The position numbers and the translations under genes were made by a program. This document shows positions 27,601-42,600 of a stretch of DNA of 64,000 bases, one piece after another. The stretch covers positions 337,438-401,437 of the forward strand of contig NMRA01000359.1 of NCBI GenBank assembly GCA_002633005.1, read 5' to 3'. The DNA is from Phoronis australis. Lineage: Eukaryota > Animalia > Phoronida. Positions within the stretch are counted from its first letter, which is position 1, and each line of letters opens with the position of its first letter. The notes under the pieces are model-generated. The model was not told the origin of the DNA and ran no database searches. It saw nothing but the letters and a program-made list of their open reading frames with translations.

Positions 27601-30600
27601 ATCAAAACACTGTCCTAGAAAGAGAAAACATCAAATCAACATTCACGTCAAGAGGATAAGACATTGACTTATAGGCATATTTAGCACGGTGTCATTTTGA
27701 TCTTTTGAACCCAGTCAAATAAAATTAAAATTCCACAACTGAAAACAAAAATAACTATGTTACATTTTACAGCGCTTTGAATTACTAAGCACTTTGAAAA
27801 TTATTTAGGGACTATTGCCCTGGTCAATCCTTCTCAACTCCTCTGGAGAATACACTGGGTGTAATTGACCTATCGCAAGCTCCGCCCCTATGCGAAAAGT
27901 CACGTGATACCCGACAATCGAACGAGATGTCAGAGGCAAATACACTGTCGCTAAACGACGTTCCTGGTAATCGATGAGTGTTTTTGCACTATTTGAAAAC
28001 GCTTCGACAGAGACAAGAGGCGATGCTTTTCAACAGAGAATCTTACATTCGTGATATGGGAATTTGTAAAGGTGACGATGAAAAAATAAGTGCTCGAGGA
28101 GCCAGCGAAAATCCGAAGAACCCCTCCGCGGCCTCGGGGCCACCTTCACCTGACAAATGACAATGCCATTGATACGATATGTTCATGTAAAGCTGGGTAT
28201 GTACCTTAAAGTCGTATTATCTGTACGATTCCATACATTTCATGATCTTTCGAATAAAATCAGTGACGATTCACCGATATTTTTATTCTGTCGTCTGCTA
28301 AATTTCGCCAAATGAAAAGTAGGTCACAACTGCCTCCCGTTCAGTAACGCTAGGATCTAGCTAAAAAGCAAAACTTCGCGAGATTACATGAGATATTGCC
28401 GTGTATTTTAAATAAAAGCACGTGACTTTGACTAGGTTTTAGCTAGGTCCTAGCGTAGGTCCTAGCGGCTACTGAACGCATACCTGGTGGACTCCTGGAG
28501 TAAAGTAGGTCATAGATTACAGATAACACATGTACTATAGTGTCTGACTAGGTCTACTCGATAGCACTGTTCACGCTTTTCTGATCTTGTAACGAAATAT
28601 TTTGATAAAAAAATTCAGGTTCATAGCTCAGGTACACACTCAATTCGTCCTAGCCAAACAGTTAGCTCCGGTAGGTCTACTGAGGGCGGTGTCTAAGTCA
28701 AATTAATGTCTGGAATTCAGTGGCGGATCTAGGATACCACAAGGGGGCCCAACATATGTTGCCCCGTGGCATTGGGCAAAGTGCGATTGTATGTGCACAG
28801 GCGGGCTGAAAGTTGCAGTGGCCAGGGATGTGGACCGTTGGACCTCCTGTTCAGAAAATCTATCGGTGGACTAAAAGAAACAGGAACACTGACGATTCCG
28901 CCACTATCTGGGGTCTGAGCCCCCCCCTCTTCCGCTACCGGTTCTAGTTACTGAACTCAATATTTCCTCACGCTTCACGCTCTTGCTGTTTCATTTTGCC
29001 CAAATTGTCCGTTTTCACTATTAAGACATTTCAATTAGGCCTACCTTCTTATGAACTTGGAATTCTTTGTAGTTTCATTCCATAAAGGTAGCTTTCATTT
29101 AATTTTGAAGGTAGCATGATCACTAAGTCGTGGTATGGTTACAAAAGATTACAAGTCTCGTGTGCCGGGTAGTTGCAAAAATAGAGTATTTACAAAAATA
29201 ACGCTAATTCTTTGTTTAAGCTTCATAAATCTAAATATCATGTTTGAGCAACTTCAAAGTGAGCTCTCTCTAACTCTACAGACATAGTGTATACTAGAGG
29301 TACACCTCAAAAAGTAATTCAACAGTTTATTTTTAGTGACAACAGCTCGACCAAGGCTTTGAGTTCCGGCAGTAATCCAGTGCCCTTCCCTGTGCCGATC
29401 GAATCTCTGAATTTTGACCGGGAGAGAAGTTCAGTTGAACGCCAGCCTACGGTTTATGAATAACAAAAATGTACCTCTGATACGAAACAAAATAATGTCC
29501 ATTAGGTTGAAATAAATAACAAAAAACATAAAATAAAAATGTCCTTGAAAACAACAATTTCCGGGTACTACCGCTAGAGTGCTGAGATCAAGGAGGTGTC
29601 GAGACAAAGGCGGCCATCGTAGGAAACTCGAGAGTCAAAATCTGAGATAGCCTTGCACCACAGCCACCAAGCTATTAAGTGCGTATCTTGGAACTAATAT
29701 ATTTGTGTTTATTACAGCCTTCGAGTTATCAAGAAACATCGCTATGTTCAGCTGCTCGTGTGGCCGTACACTCCATTGTTTACGCTTTTCAACATCATTT
29801 TTCGGCTTAGGACATGCCAAAAATGACGGGATATTATTCTGGAGCAGCATAGCGGCTGTCGGTGCTACACACGCCATATCAACACCGTTTCCCCATTCTT
29901 AGCGGACAATTTCTTGAGCTATAGACTAAAGTAAGTTTTACTCGACTACGTGTGGTTTGTCGGGTAAAATGGCGGCTTGGAAACGCAGACGAATGTGTGC
30001 CAAGAATGCAGCGTTTTGATTGGTCAATTAAGCCGTCCGTCATAATCCTGGCGATAGGTCAATTATTGTCAAGACTAATTGACTAAATTAAATCCAAACA
30101 CATCATTTTGTAAAAATTTCAAGACAGTATTAAAATACCCTTGGCTTATGGTTACATGAATAGGAAAAATATCCAAAACCTGTGGCATTTTTGACAAAGT
30201 GATGTGACTGTGCATTTCAATTTGCAGGTCCATATTAAGTCATGATACCAACAGACATGCCATCAACAAATTTATTATCAGTTACAAATTGCCCTTTCAT
30301 AGGCATTCTCTAGAATAAGTTCTTAAAGTTTTATTGCATGTTTGTTTTGTGGAGTAGCAATAAATCACTGTAGCTACTGGCATACGAGTTACATTGGTGG
30401 ATCCAGGGGGTCAAAGGGGTGCGAATTCCCCATTTTCCCCTTGATTTTAGTGAATTTTCAAATTATTAAATTGGACCTCCCTTTTTTAAAAAATCCTGGA
30501 TCCACCCCTGAGTTACATTCACATTTTTTACATATTGAGTCCATCAATGGAAATATTTACGCACTCGCCACACACTCATTAGAGATGCTATGTCTCATTA

Positions 30601-33600
30601 AACTGGGAACATTAAAATTTGTAGCAAGCGCCACCTTGTGACTTCCTTGAGAACAGTGTATACAAGTATAATCAAGAAAAGAAACAATTTGTAAATAAAC
30701 GTGGTTTTAAAGAAACCCAAACATTATGCAATTATTATCTGATAGTGAAATGAGCAAATCATAAAAGCTGAGACTTGTTTTACTAGGGTATCGATGACAT
30801 ACTACCATACTCGTTTACATAAAAATAGTCTCGCAAAACAAAACTTTCCCAAGATTATACTGGTTACTGGGTCTCAGATGGTTTCCAGCACATAGAAAGA
30901 GTGGGGGGGGGTTCTTTGCGAACTAGTACTTCATTTGCATATTCACAATTTAATGAGACATAGCATCTTTAAGAAAAAGCAATCTTACTGTTTTTGGTGT
31001 TACCTTTAGTAAAAATACAGATTCCTGGTTACCATGGAAATGCATTTTTCCACGTCAATTCCTGTTATTAGGCATGTACTTACTATCCGTGGAACAATGC
31101 AGAGTGACGTAAATGGAATGACAAACGGCCCATATCTTGGTTCTGCATTCACTGCCAAGGAGGACACAAAATGTCCTACTCCCTATTAACACAGCCTGTG
31201 CAGGCCACTTGTACTTGCTCAATGGAAGTGAATGTAAAAGCGAGATGCAGGCCCTTTATCGGCTGTTCACGACAATTCCTGGTGTTCCACGGATAGCTCA
31301 TACTCACCAAGCAATGCATTTCCATGGTAACCAGGAATCTGTATTTTTACTACAACGTTACAGGGAATCTGCCTTTTACTGAAAAGTTAACAATTGTCAT
31401 AAAAAACATTTCTTTCCCTAATGCATTCGTCCCAAAATTGTTCCGTTGCATATGGGCAATTTGTGCTCTCCCAAGGCATGACCAAAAAGAAACGTGATCA
31501 ACAGCATACCATTTTCAGGGTTTTTACAAATATTTGTCTTTTGAAACTTGCAGTCGTGTCGCCCTTCTCACGACATCCTAGCTCTGTCGTTGAATTGTGT
31601 CACGTTTAAAATTTTCTGTGCAACACTAACCAATCTCCCGAGTACATTAAACAATGGAAGTGCGGCAGTTCTTCCCCTGTTTAGCATACTTGGTAGTCAA
31701 AAGAAATTAAATTTTGACAAATTTCTCACATCAAATATCAAGCAGGTCTTGGAATGACCAATGACAAAAAACGTGGAAACTTTGAAACTTTTACGGCCCA
31801 AATCTTGCCCGATAACCAGCCTTGAAATGGTCAGTCAGTGTGAACCCACCACGCTGTCCCAGATGCCCCGGCAATGTTGACAATTTACGTTCCTCCGAAA
31901 CATAAAGAGCAACTTCCGCTTTTCGAGGTGAACGTCGTCTGCAACGCCGCGGTAAGAAAGGAATTTCCCGCGGAAATTTTATATCCAATCCGATTTTTTA
32001 CGCGGAAATATTATAAAAAAAGCGGAAAGCACATTTGAAAAAAGCGGAAATCCGCGTTTCCGCGGAAAATTCCAAGCCCTGATAAAGATTAAGGAATTTT
32101 TTTGCTAGCTCCGTAAATAGTTGTGATGAGACCAATAGATGGCGTGTATGAAGGCTAGTAATTCTTAAATATTTATATGTAAATCTTAATCCGGTGTGGA
32201 AATATAGATTGTTCATTAGGTCGTGTGATGTGGCCAATAGGTGGTGTGCAAACCATTCTCAAAATGTTTGTGAAGAAAGTAATTCTTACTCATAACATTT
32301 TGTAAAGTTGCAACAAGACAAACAGCCATTAAAGATAGAAAAAATGACAATTTTGGTAATTATTTTGTGAGAAAGAAGCAAAAATGTACCCGCAAATAGC
32401 GTAAACAATTTAATATTCTCATTTAAAGTGCTATGGGATTGAATGAAAGCAACTCTTACTGTCTCTCATTTGACCCTTTTTTATCCTGTCAAACACCGCC
32501 TGTACATAGACAGTGACATCTAGTGGCCTGTCCTGGAAGCCGCACAGTTGCTCAAGGACGGATCGGGCCTTACGATTCTTGGCTAGCTTCAGCTTCTTGA
32601 ACATGATGTACTCCGACACCTCAATAAAAGCACAGTCAGCGCCACCTGTATGAAGGAAGAGGTGTTACTTATCATGACTGGAAACCTAAAAACAACCACT
32701 TAACAGCATCCACGGTAATTCAATTATTAAAAAATTTTATCGCGACAGTTTGCTGTTATTTCATGGCTAACACAGCTTTAAGAGAACTGATTTTAATAGT
32801 TTAAATACAGCTGTTTTAAGCCAACAAGTCATTACAACCAGAGAACATGGTGTGTTTTCAACTAGCATAAACAACAAGGAATCAACATTATGATGCAGGC
32901 ATACTCTTTGTCATTTTGTACACACACTGATGCTTTGGGCAAAAAGGCAACAAAAAGAAAACGAGGGCGATGCTGAATCAACTGTAGGAACGCCTTACAC
33001 ACAAAACACAACAGGCATTGTCTAAACAATACTCACTAGGAAATGTTTAAAATTTAGAAAAACAAATTCATTTTCTGACAGAAGCGTGGCGAAAATCAAA
33101 TGTAAGACCCTTTCACAAGCACCTGAGTAGCAAACTAGTCAAAGCATTCCCATAGAAAGCTTTACAACCACAATTCTGATTGAAAAACATAGCCTGCAGG
33201 AAAATTCGTTCACCAAATAAAACTGTATAAAGTGAATATGTGTGCTCAAAATGTTACTTTTTGAAAGCGTTTCTGGTATTTTGAGCTTTTCAGGTCATTT
33301 TAATAAATTTTAAATAAAATTAAACTTCAAATCAAAAGTCTGGCGCCATGAGCATGTTGCTCAATAAAAACTCTGTGTGTCTGTCCAACTGGAGCGTTGT
33401 TGCATATCCTAAAAGCTTTTCACCCATTTCTGGCATCATTGCTCAAATCAAAGGCAAATTTCTATGTATCAAGATGGCACCAAAAATCGAGCATTGACCA
33501 GAGTTATCAGTTTCAGAACTTCCTCAATGCATCACACTTCAAGTTGTTTGATTTTCTTTTTTGTGAAAATCAACTTGGAGGTTCAAAATATGAACACCAA

Positions 33601-36600
33601 ACTGACCAAAAATGCCTTCAAAAAGGCAAATAAACGTTCCATTTGACATGGAGAGTAGGCACAATTTAACCTGTCAATGAACAGGCATACTAGGCACCTC
33701 ACCCTGCACAGACTTTCCTAAAATTACTTACAGCCAGACATATCATATCAGTCTATAATTCAGATGAATGTACATGAATGAAATGTCCGTCAGGTCCCAC
33801 GGTATATAAGAACAGAGTATCACCTGTCACTCAATTAGAATTTTACCGCCTACCTATGCAGATTTTCCTTAACAAGGCTTGCGGCCAGACCGACGCAACC
33901 GTCATCATGATGTTCACAATGTCCACTGACTTCGAGGAGAACAGGTTGTAGNACAAATATTTGTCTTTTGAAACTTGCAGTCGTGTCGCCCTTCTCACGA
34001 CATCCTAGCTCTGTCGTTGAATTGTGTCACGTTTAAAATTTTCTGTGCAACACTAACCAATCTCCCGAGTACATTAAACAATGGAAGTGCGGCAGTTCTT
34101 CCCATTTAGCATACTTGGTAGTCAAAAGAAATTAAATTTTGACAAATTTCTCACATCAAATATAAAGATTAAGGATTTTTTTGCTAGCTGTGTAAATATT
34201 TGTGATGAGACCAATAGATGGCGTGTATGAAGGCTAGTAATTCTTTATGTAAATCTTAATCCGGTGTGGAAAAATATAGATTGTTCATTAAGTCGTGTGA
34301 TGTGGCCAATAGGTGGTGTGCAAACCATTCTCAAAATGTTTGTGAAGAAAGTAATTCTTACTCATAACATTTTGTAAAGTTGCAACAAGACAAACAGCCA
34401 TTAAAGATAGAAAAAAATGACAATTTTGGTAATTATTTTGTGTGAAAGAAGCAAAAATGTACCTGCAAATAGCGTAAACAATTTAATATTCTCATTTAAA
34501 GTGCTATGGGATTGAATGAAAGCAACTCTTACTGTCTCTCATTTGACCCTTTTTTATCCTGTCAAACACCGCCTGTACATAGACAGTGACATCTAGTGGC
34601 CTGTCCTGGAAGCCACACAGTTGCTCAAGGACGGATCGGGCCTTACGATTCTTGGCTAGCTTCAGCTTCTTGAACATGATGTACTCCGACACCTCAATAA
34701 AAGCACAGTCAGCGCCACCTGTATGAGGGAAGAGGTGTTACTTATCATGACTGGAAACCTAAAAACAACCACTTAACAGCACCCACGGTAATTCAATTAT
34801 TAAAAAATTTTATCGCGACAGTTTGCTGTTATTTCACGACTAACAGAGCTTTAAGAGAACTGATTTTAATAGTTTAAATACAGCTGTTTTAAGCCAACAA
34901 GTCCTTACAACCAGAGAACATGGTGTGTTTTCAACTAGCATAAACAACAAGGGATCAACATTATGATGCAGGCATACTCTTTGTCATTTTGTACACACAC
35001 TGATGCTTTGGGCAAAAAGGCAACAAAAAGAAAACGAGGGCAATGCTGAATCAACTGTAGGAACGCCTTACACACAAAACACAACAGGCATTGTCTAAAC
35101 AATACTCACTAGGAAATGTTTAAAATTTAGAAAAACAAATTCATTTTCTGACAGAAGCGTGGCGAAAATCAAATGTAAGACCCTTTCACAAGCACCTGAG
35201 TAGCAAACTAGTCAAAGCATTCCCATAGAAAGCTTTACAACCACAATTCTGATTGAAAAACATAGCCTGCAGGAAAATTCGTTCACCAAATAAAACTGTA
35301 TAAAGTGAATATGTGTGCTCAAAATGTTACTTTTTGAAAGCGTTTCTGGTATTTTGAGCTTTTCAGGTCATTTTAATAAATTTTAAATAAAATTAAACTT
35401 CAAATCAAAAGTCTGGCGCCATGAGCATGTTGCTCAATAAAAACTCTGTGTGTCTGTCCAACTGGAGCGTTGTTGCATATCCTAAAAGCTTTTCACCCAT
35501 TTCTGGCATCATTGCTCAAATCAAAGGCAAATTTCTATGTATCAAGATGGCACCAAAAATCGAGCATTGACCAGAGTTATCAGTTTCAGAACTTCCTCAA
35601 TGCATCACACTTCAAGTTGTTTGATTTTCTTTTTTGTGAAAATCAACTTGGAGGTTCAAAATATGAACACCAAACTGACCAAAAATGCCTTCAAAAAGGC
35701 AAATAAACGTTCCATTTGACATGGAGAGTAGGCACAATTTAACCTGTCAATGAACAGGCATACTAGGCACCTCAACCTGCACAGACTTTCCTAAAATTAC
35801 TTACAGCCAGACATATCATATCAGTCTATAATTCAGATGAATGTACATGAATGAAATGTCCGTCAGGTCCCACGGTATATAAGAACAGAGTATCACCTGT
35901 CACTCAATTAGAATTTTACCGCCTACCTATGCAGATTTTCCTTAACAAGGCTTGCGGCCAGACCGACGCAACCGTCATCATGATGTTCACAATGTCCACT
36001 GACTTCGAGGAGAACAGGTTGTAGAGAAACTGGTGCACCTTATCCAGTAACGCTAGAGCTTGGCAGAAGGCGATGTAGAACCGACTGAAAGTATGACACA
36101 TTTATGCACAAGTGAGCGCAGTGTTGCTGAAGTTTGGACATTTTTATAGGAGCATGGTACTAAAGTTGGAACATACCAGTTAATCACTGCAGAAGTCACA
36201 TTATGCATAATACTTGAATGACAGAAAATGGGCTTTCAGTTGCAGGCATCTGGCCGGTTTGCATTGCATAACATTTATAATAAGAGCTTAATGACTAGAA
36301 AAAATTGCCAGTTTTGTGACGTCAAACACATTCTTCATCAATGACAAGGCAAAGCCTGATAGTCATGTCATACAGTACAAGACAAACAGGTAAACAGACA
36401 AAAAGCGTTTTCCCATCATGACGGCGAATTACGTAAACAAGAAAAACAAATGGTACAGAGACAAAATTCTAATTACAGAACGGTTTCGCCACCTTCCTGA
36501 CTTTCCTGATAATTACCCTTCATTCTCGGTCATCAGCGGAGTCTACTGTAGTTCAAAAAGAATACGCAGAACTTTTGCAAGAATATGCCGAAGTTCTGCA

Positions 36601-39600
36601 AGAGCCAGTGAAACTTTGGAATGATTATTTGGAAGTTCCGCTCAAACGTCTTACTACACAGTGTCTAGGAGAACTCCTGCACTACCTTGCAGAACTCCTG
36701 CATTACCTTGCAGAACTCCTGCAGAACCTTGCAGAACTCCTGCATTACCTTGCAGAACTTTCACATTGCCATGTGGAGCTTCATCGTGTCAAAAAATGAA
36801 TTGCTAATATTAAGAGAACAAAAAGAAAAAGTAAACAATTTGGGGAAATGTAAACATTTGCTACAAACCATTTTCATGGCTTCAACTAGGTAATACAAAT
36901 ATCATTCCACACACTCTGAGACTAAATACAAAAGTCTCAAATGAAAAGATTGCCTTCAGTATATTAAACTCGGGAGTTACATTTCACTAAATGTACAAAC
37001 GTAAAGAAAAGTCAACTAACCAAATTGCCATCCTTCCAAAGAGTGGTCTGTCTGTCATTGAAATGTTCTCCAACAGTGCTTTGTCAATTTCTTCTGTTAG
37101 TTTGACCTTTTCATAAAAACAAGCACATCACGTTATTAACTGATCACGATATGACAGAACAAAATATTAGACACAAGATATGCAGTCAAACTGGACAAAA
37201 ATTGTTAAACAAAAAGCAACGCAAAGCATTGAAATATGACTATGACTGTACAACCAACAGCATGCTTCTAGAGAACCAAATTAATTTGTATCATGTAATA
37301 CACAAAACAAATCCACAAAGAGTTTTCTATATTACTGCTATTTTGTCCTAATATTTCCTACAAACAGACGTAACCACTCAGGTAGCTGAAAATCGCAAAA
37401 ATCAAAATCATTCAGTAAGAGTTGTAAATTTAACAAACAAAGTGACACCATACAACTTTATTAACCTGTCATACACCTCAGCTTCTTATCCACCAATCTC
37501 AGTATTAGTCTAAGATAAACAGGGCAACCCACAAAAGTGTGCCTTACCAAATTGAACTGCTTGACCAGACAAACTGCCCACTCGACCAGCGAACACTCGT
37601 CTGGGTTCAGCACTGGACGCCAGTTGACTCCCCCTGACTTGAGACTGCTGGTGATGGCTGGAGTCATGTCCACCTTGCACATGTACAGCAACTGTAACAA
37701 AGAAAGTATCCACACTTTGACTAGGCACTGGCAATGAGTTGATGCACACAGTTCCACTGGCAATGAGTTGATGCACACAGCTCCACTGGCAATGAGTTGA
37801 AGAACACACTGTCCCACTGACAATGAGTCGATGCACACAGTTCCACTGTGACTCGTGTTATTAATCTTTCAAGTTTCACAGACATTTTTTGAAGCATCAT
37901 TAACCCGCCACTCNNNNNNNNNNNNNNNNNNNNNNNNNNNNNNNACAATATTGATTTAGACCACGTACCACTAACAGGAAACTGTGTGGCTCTACGGTTT
38001 GAGCTCCGGATTCCTGTTTGGGAGAGCCGGGTTCTAATCCTGGCTTCACTGGCACACAATCGAGCATTGCACAAATTGTCTCATTCTCCTCTGAGCTTGG
38101 TCTTACTAGTGAGCGAATGAATGTAATATGTATGCAACGAAATGAATGTGCCAAATTAAATTGTCGGTGATAATAGCCACCGGTTAATTTTCTGTGTTTA
38201 CACTGAAAACTGACAATGAATAATTTTCAAAAAAATAAAATAAAATAAGAAGCCAATGCTGACCTCAATTTAACGAATAATACCACGCACCGCTGTTGTA
38301 ACATTGAACTCAACTCAATTTCTGAGACTACAAAGAACTGCCACTTTATTTGTCATTAATTTAGATCATGTTCAGCACAAAATTTGCTGTAACAAGCCAA
38401 CTTATTGTGCATGATTTAAAGGTGCATAAAATAATCCACAGTGACAAGTCAGCTTGTTGAGACCGGTTACAAGCATTAACTAGCAGTTAGTTTTTCCTGT
38501 CTAGTCTAAGTAACAGCTAAAAAATTACGATAGGTGGTTAAAATCAAAGGTTAGATTTTGGACTGAAGGCCAGGATATTAAAGTTTTTAGGCAAGACATC
38601 AATATCTACTAATAGGATTTGATTAAATGAAGTAAAAAACTGGAGTTCAGTCAATAGACCAAATCACAGCGCACTTAGGCCAAATCACAGTGCACTTAGG
38701 CCAAATCACAGTGCACTTAGGTCAAATCACAGCGCACTTAGGCCAAGTCACAGCGCATTAAATGTATTGGTAAATCTCACTTAGTGTTTCATGATCATGC
38801 AGACAAACTGACAGCCAGTGAAGGTGAGTGAAAGATGAATGTCACAGTGTTAACTTGTGAGAGTAAACAACACCTAAATATCCAGTAACTGTTTCCATAG
38901 CAAAACCCAAGATTGCTCATCGAAATCGTGAATAACCAGGCTGGAGCGTGATCAAACACATGCTTTACCAAAGTGATGCAGTGGTTGAGATGAGTGAAGT
39001 ATCCTGACCCAAAAAGCATTCGGGCCAACAAAGATGACGCAACTCCGCCAGACCTACCTTCAATATGACCTTTATGAGCACGGGAGGGTCATAGTCAGAA
39101 CACTTGCTGGCCGTGTCCGAAACAGTGATCGCCTTGGATCTCATCATATGGTGTAACCAGTTCTGAATCACTGTAAATAAAAGAATTCGGTCATGAGCTG
39201 CATACAACAGAAATGCTAATCAATGCTCGACTCAAATACTCGAATCGAGAAATAGTTATCTCTCTTAAAAGGAATGTATAATGACAACATCAGCACATTT
39301 TGGAAACTTGCCCGACAGTGTGCAAACCGGCAAAACAGCGTTTCTGGGATATGGGAAAATCTTGTTGTTCGCGCTAACTCCATATAACAGTGGTTTACAT
39401 TATATGAGTCAGAATGGTCTTCCGTGAGGTGTGCAAGCGTGCATGAATGGAATGTTTTCATTTGAGATTTTTGTCTTGTTTATCAATTATAATACATGAG
39501 ATTAGTCATGTAAAAAATGATTTAACTCTGCTAAAAACCTGCCTTCTGCCAAAAAAGTCTTTTGATGAAGACCACTAAAAATTGTCTTAAGCTTCTTACT

Positions 39601-42600
39601 CAGACTGGAAATAATTCCTACTTTTGACAGTTACATCATTATTTGAGATCAAGTTTGGCTTGCTAAAGCAACAGCGAGCTGACAATTCTTCACGAAATTC
39701 TCAAACCATTAATTTAATTAAGCGACAAGTTCAGACCATCAACAGTTAATTTTCATTTTTTTTTTGGCAGAAAGCAGGTTACTTACTAGATGCTTTGGAC
39801 AACGAACCTTTTACTTGATTCTTCCTAACTTTCCTATGAGACTTCACGGCGGGCACTGGCTTAGTGGGGTTTGTGTCTTTCTGTTTTCTGCCTTTGGCAT
39901 CCTTGTTCACTTTCCTTTCTTCTTTAAACTCTAGGGTGTTTGACCTTTGTGATGTTACCGACGATGCGTCATCCATAAGGTCGCTATAGTCCATTAAAGC
40001 ACTGCCATCATGGAGAACATTGCTCGTTTTTCGAACATTTGGGGCATCAAGCATTTTTGATTTGCCTCTTGACTTGCTGCTCTGGCTGCGAGTATGTATT
40101 ATTCGAGGTGTTTGACTCACATTGCTTTTCAGCCCTACAGATGTAGTGCTTGTGCACTCTTTGGATACTTCATCACCTACTGTTTTGGCAATACCAGTCT
40201 GTGACTGTACATTGTCTTGTCTGTTGTAGGATGTAAAAGCAGACGACATTTCACTGGTCTGTTTAGCAATCGTTAGCTCTGCACAAGTTTGCTTATCTGC
40301 ACGTTTTGGTCTTTTGTTCGTCACTGCAGCCATCCAGCCAACCAATTCTCTCCCCTTCGATTTTTGCTTATCTAAAAATACAATACTTTCTACTTTCTCT
40401 TTTGCAGACGGTATACATTTCTTCGCTTTTGATTCTCGTTCCGGCTGGGATTCAACAGATTTATGCGCAACACTTGTAGCGCTATGAGCAGTCTTAGCTT
40501 TTCCTGAAACTTTACGTGTTCTTTTATGAACTATTGCACCACCGCTATGCTCCGTCACATGGCACTGATTTCTAAGAATCTGAAGTGCGGCCGCTTGAGA
40601 TGACAAGTTTCCCCTTGTTACATTTTGTAAAACTTCACTGCTCGATTCAGCTTGCCTGTCAAAGTGAGATAAATTTCTTTGGGCGGCTACCGGCTTTGGT
40701 TTCACAGTCACAACACCAGATGGAGCAGTTGAGTGAAAGCTTACATGTGGACTTGGATGAACCGGAGTGGCTGTACTAGCAGTTGAACTCATCGGAGAAA
40801 TGGCCCTGGGAACAGGGGATGGGGGGAGAGGAGAGACAACGGGCCAGAGCTTAGCAGAGTCTCGTAGTGGTGAAAGAAGAGGGTTCAATAGCCCAACAGA
40901 GAAAAGCTCTGTCTCGGATTGACATGGTGTCGATGGCAGGGGTGATACAGCCTCTTCCATTGCATTTGGTGGTGTTTCAGGCAGCGGTGACATAGCCTTT
41001 GGTTCAATGTGACCAATAGGTGATAAGGATACCATATAACCGCTATCTTTATGTTGCGATTCTTGCGAACCAGATGGAATCCTGTCGTCAACCTTCATGA
41101 AGGAAGTAACTTCCTGACTTCCGTTCCTCGAGGACATTGGAGAATTAGGAGGGTCCAATGTGACTACATGACCAGAGCTCTGAGAAACGACGTTGGAGTC
41201 GGCACTATTCCTGTGCTCCTCTGTTTCGGAATGACTTAGTTCAGCTGGGCTCGCTTGTGAAACAGAACAGGCTCGATTTGGGGACTTGGATTTTCTCACG
41301 CCTTCCTGTAGCGTACGAGCCTGCAGTCTAGTCATGCGTCTCGTCCCAATCACATTGTCAACATTGCAGCTGGTGTTCTCGATCACTTGCTCATCAGATT
41401 CGTCAATGTTTTGATCAATGTTTCGACTGACGTCTGCTTCTGCAACAGGTGGATCCTGACCCTCAGTTTCACTAAAACTGGAATTTACTAAAAAGCCCTC
41501 GCTCTGCCGCCTGACGAGAGGAATGTCACTTGCACTGGACTTCACAGAGACGTTTTCGCTGTAGGAGTCCCTAGTTTCTGATGGTTCTGTGAGATCTGAT
41601 TTCTTGTACAAAGCGTGGAACCGTTTTCGCTTCTCATCTGCAGCGTTATGTGCTTTTACAATCTTGCCACAAGGACTCGACACAGCCCCAGGAGAGCTGA
41701 GTGATCGAGTAACCATTCGTGTAATGCGTGGAGTGCCAGATGACCTTCCCGACAACTGCCTTGCCCTTGGAGTACGCCGAAGTTCACACCTTGTTCTACA
41801 GGGAATTGTGTGTTCCTTAAGCACCTCAACATTATCACAGCAGAGCACCTGAGATCGAGTTATGCGTCTGGTAGGTTCAGCACCCTCAGATCTGGTGCTC
41901 GAGCGCCTAACTTTCCTTGGAGGCGTGTCATTGACAAACGATTCGCTGTCACTCACTGATCGTTTGAGTTTAGATTTAATTCGACGACTCATAAATTGTT
42001 CAGTCTTCAACAGCTCACCTTCAATGACACTTTCTGAATCCAGCCTCTCCTTTTCCATTTCAACTTTTCTGTTGTCAACAGGGGGCTCTGACACAATCTT
42101 ACTACTAACTGTTACTACATCTCCCTTTTCTTTAATATCACTTGCTTCCACTACATCTCCCCTTTCTACTACATCTCCCATTTCCATAACACCACCCATT
42201 TCTAAAACATCACCATCTTTCACTACATCTCCCCCTTCCACAGCATCACCCTTTTCTGCAACATCGTCCGCTTCCACTTCCATATTTGATTTGCCAATCG
42301 GATCTGTCCATTTCAAACTAAAACCACATGATTGGTTGGCTGACAGAATACCTTCTGGACTGAGGTCTTGCTCATTCTCACTCTCCGTCTCAGACAGCTG
42401 ACCAATAGCAGGCACCCAACCGTCAGCCTCGTCCCCTCCACTTCCAACTGGTTGCTGTTCTGTTTTCATCTCGTGATCAGCAAAGGTAAGATTATGCACA
42501 GCAGCCGTTTTTGATTTCGGTTGTTTCTGCAGAGGCTTCGTTCGAGGAGTCTTATTGCCACCTGACTTCAGCGGTAGCAATCTGAGACCGCCTGGACTTC

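Noticed and set aside
37985-38060. Functional tRNA gene
   Set aside because: Only box-like motifs are present and the stems do not close, so it is kept as a possible SINE head.
41862-42401. 179-aa plus-strand ORF
   Set aside because: Antisense shadow of the large ICE1 exon.
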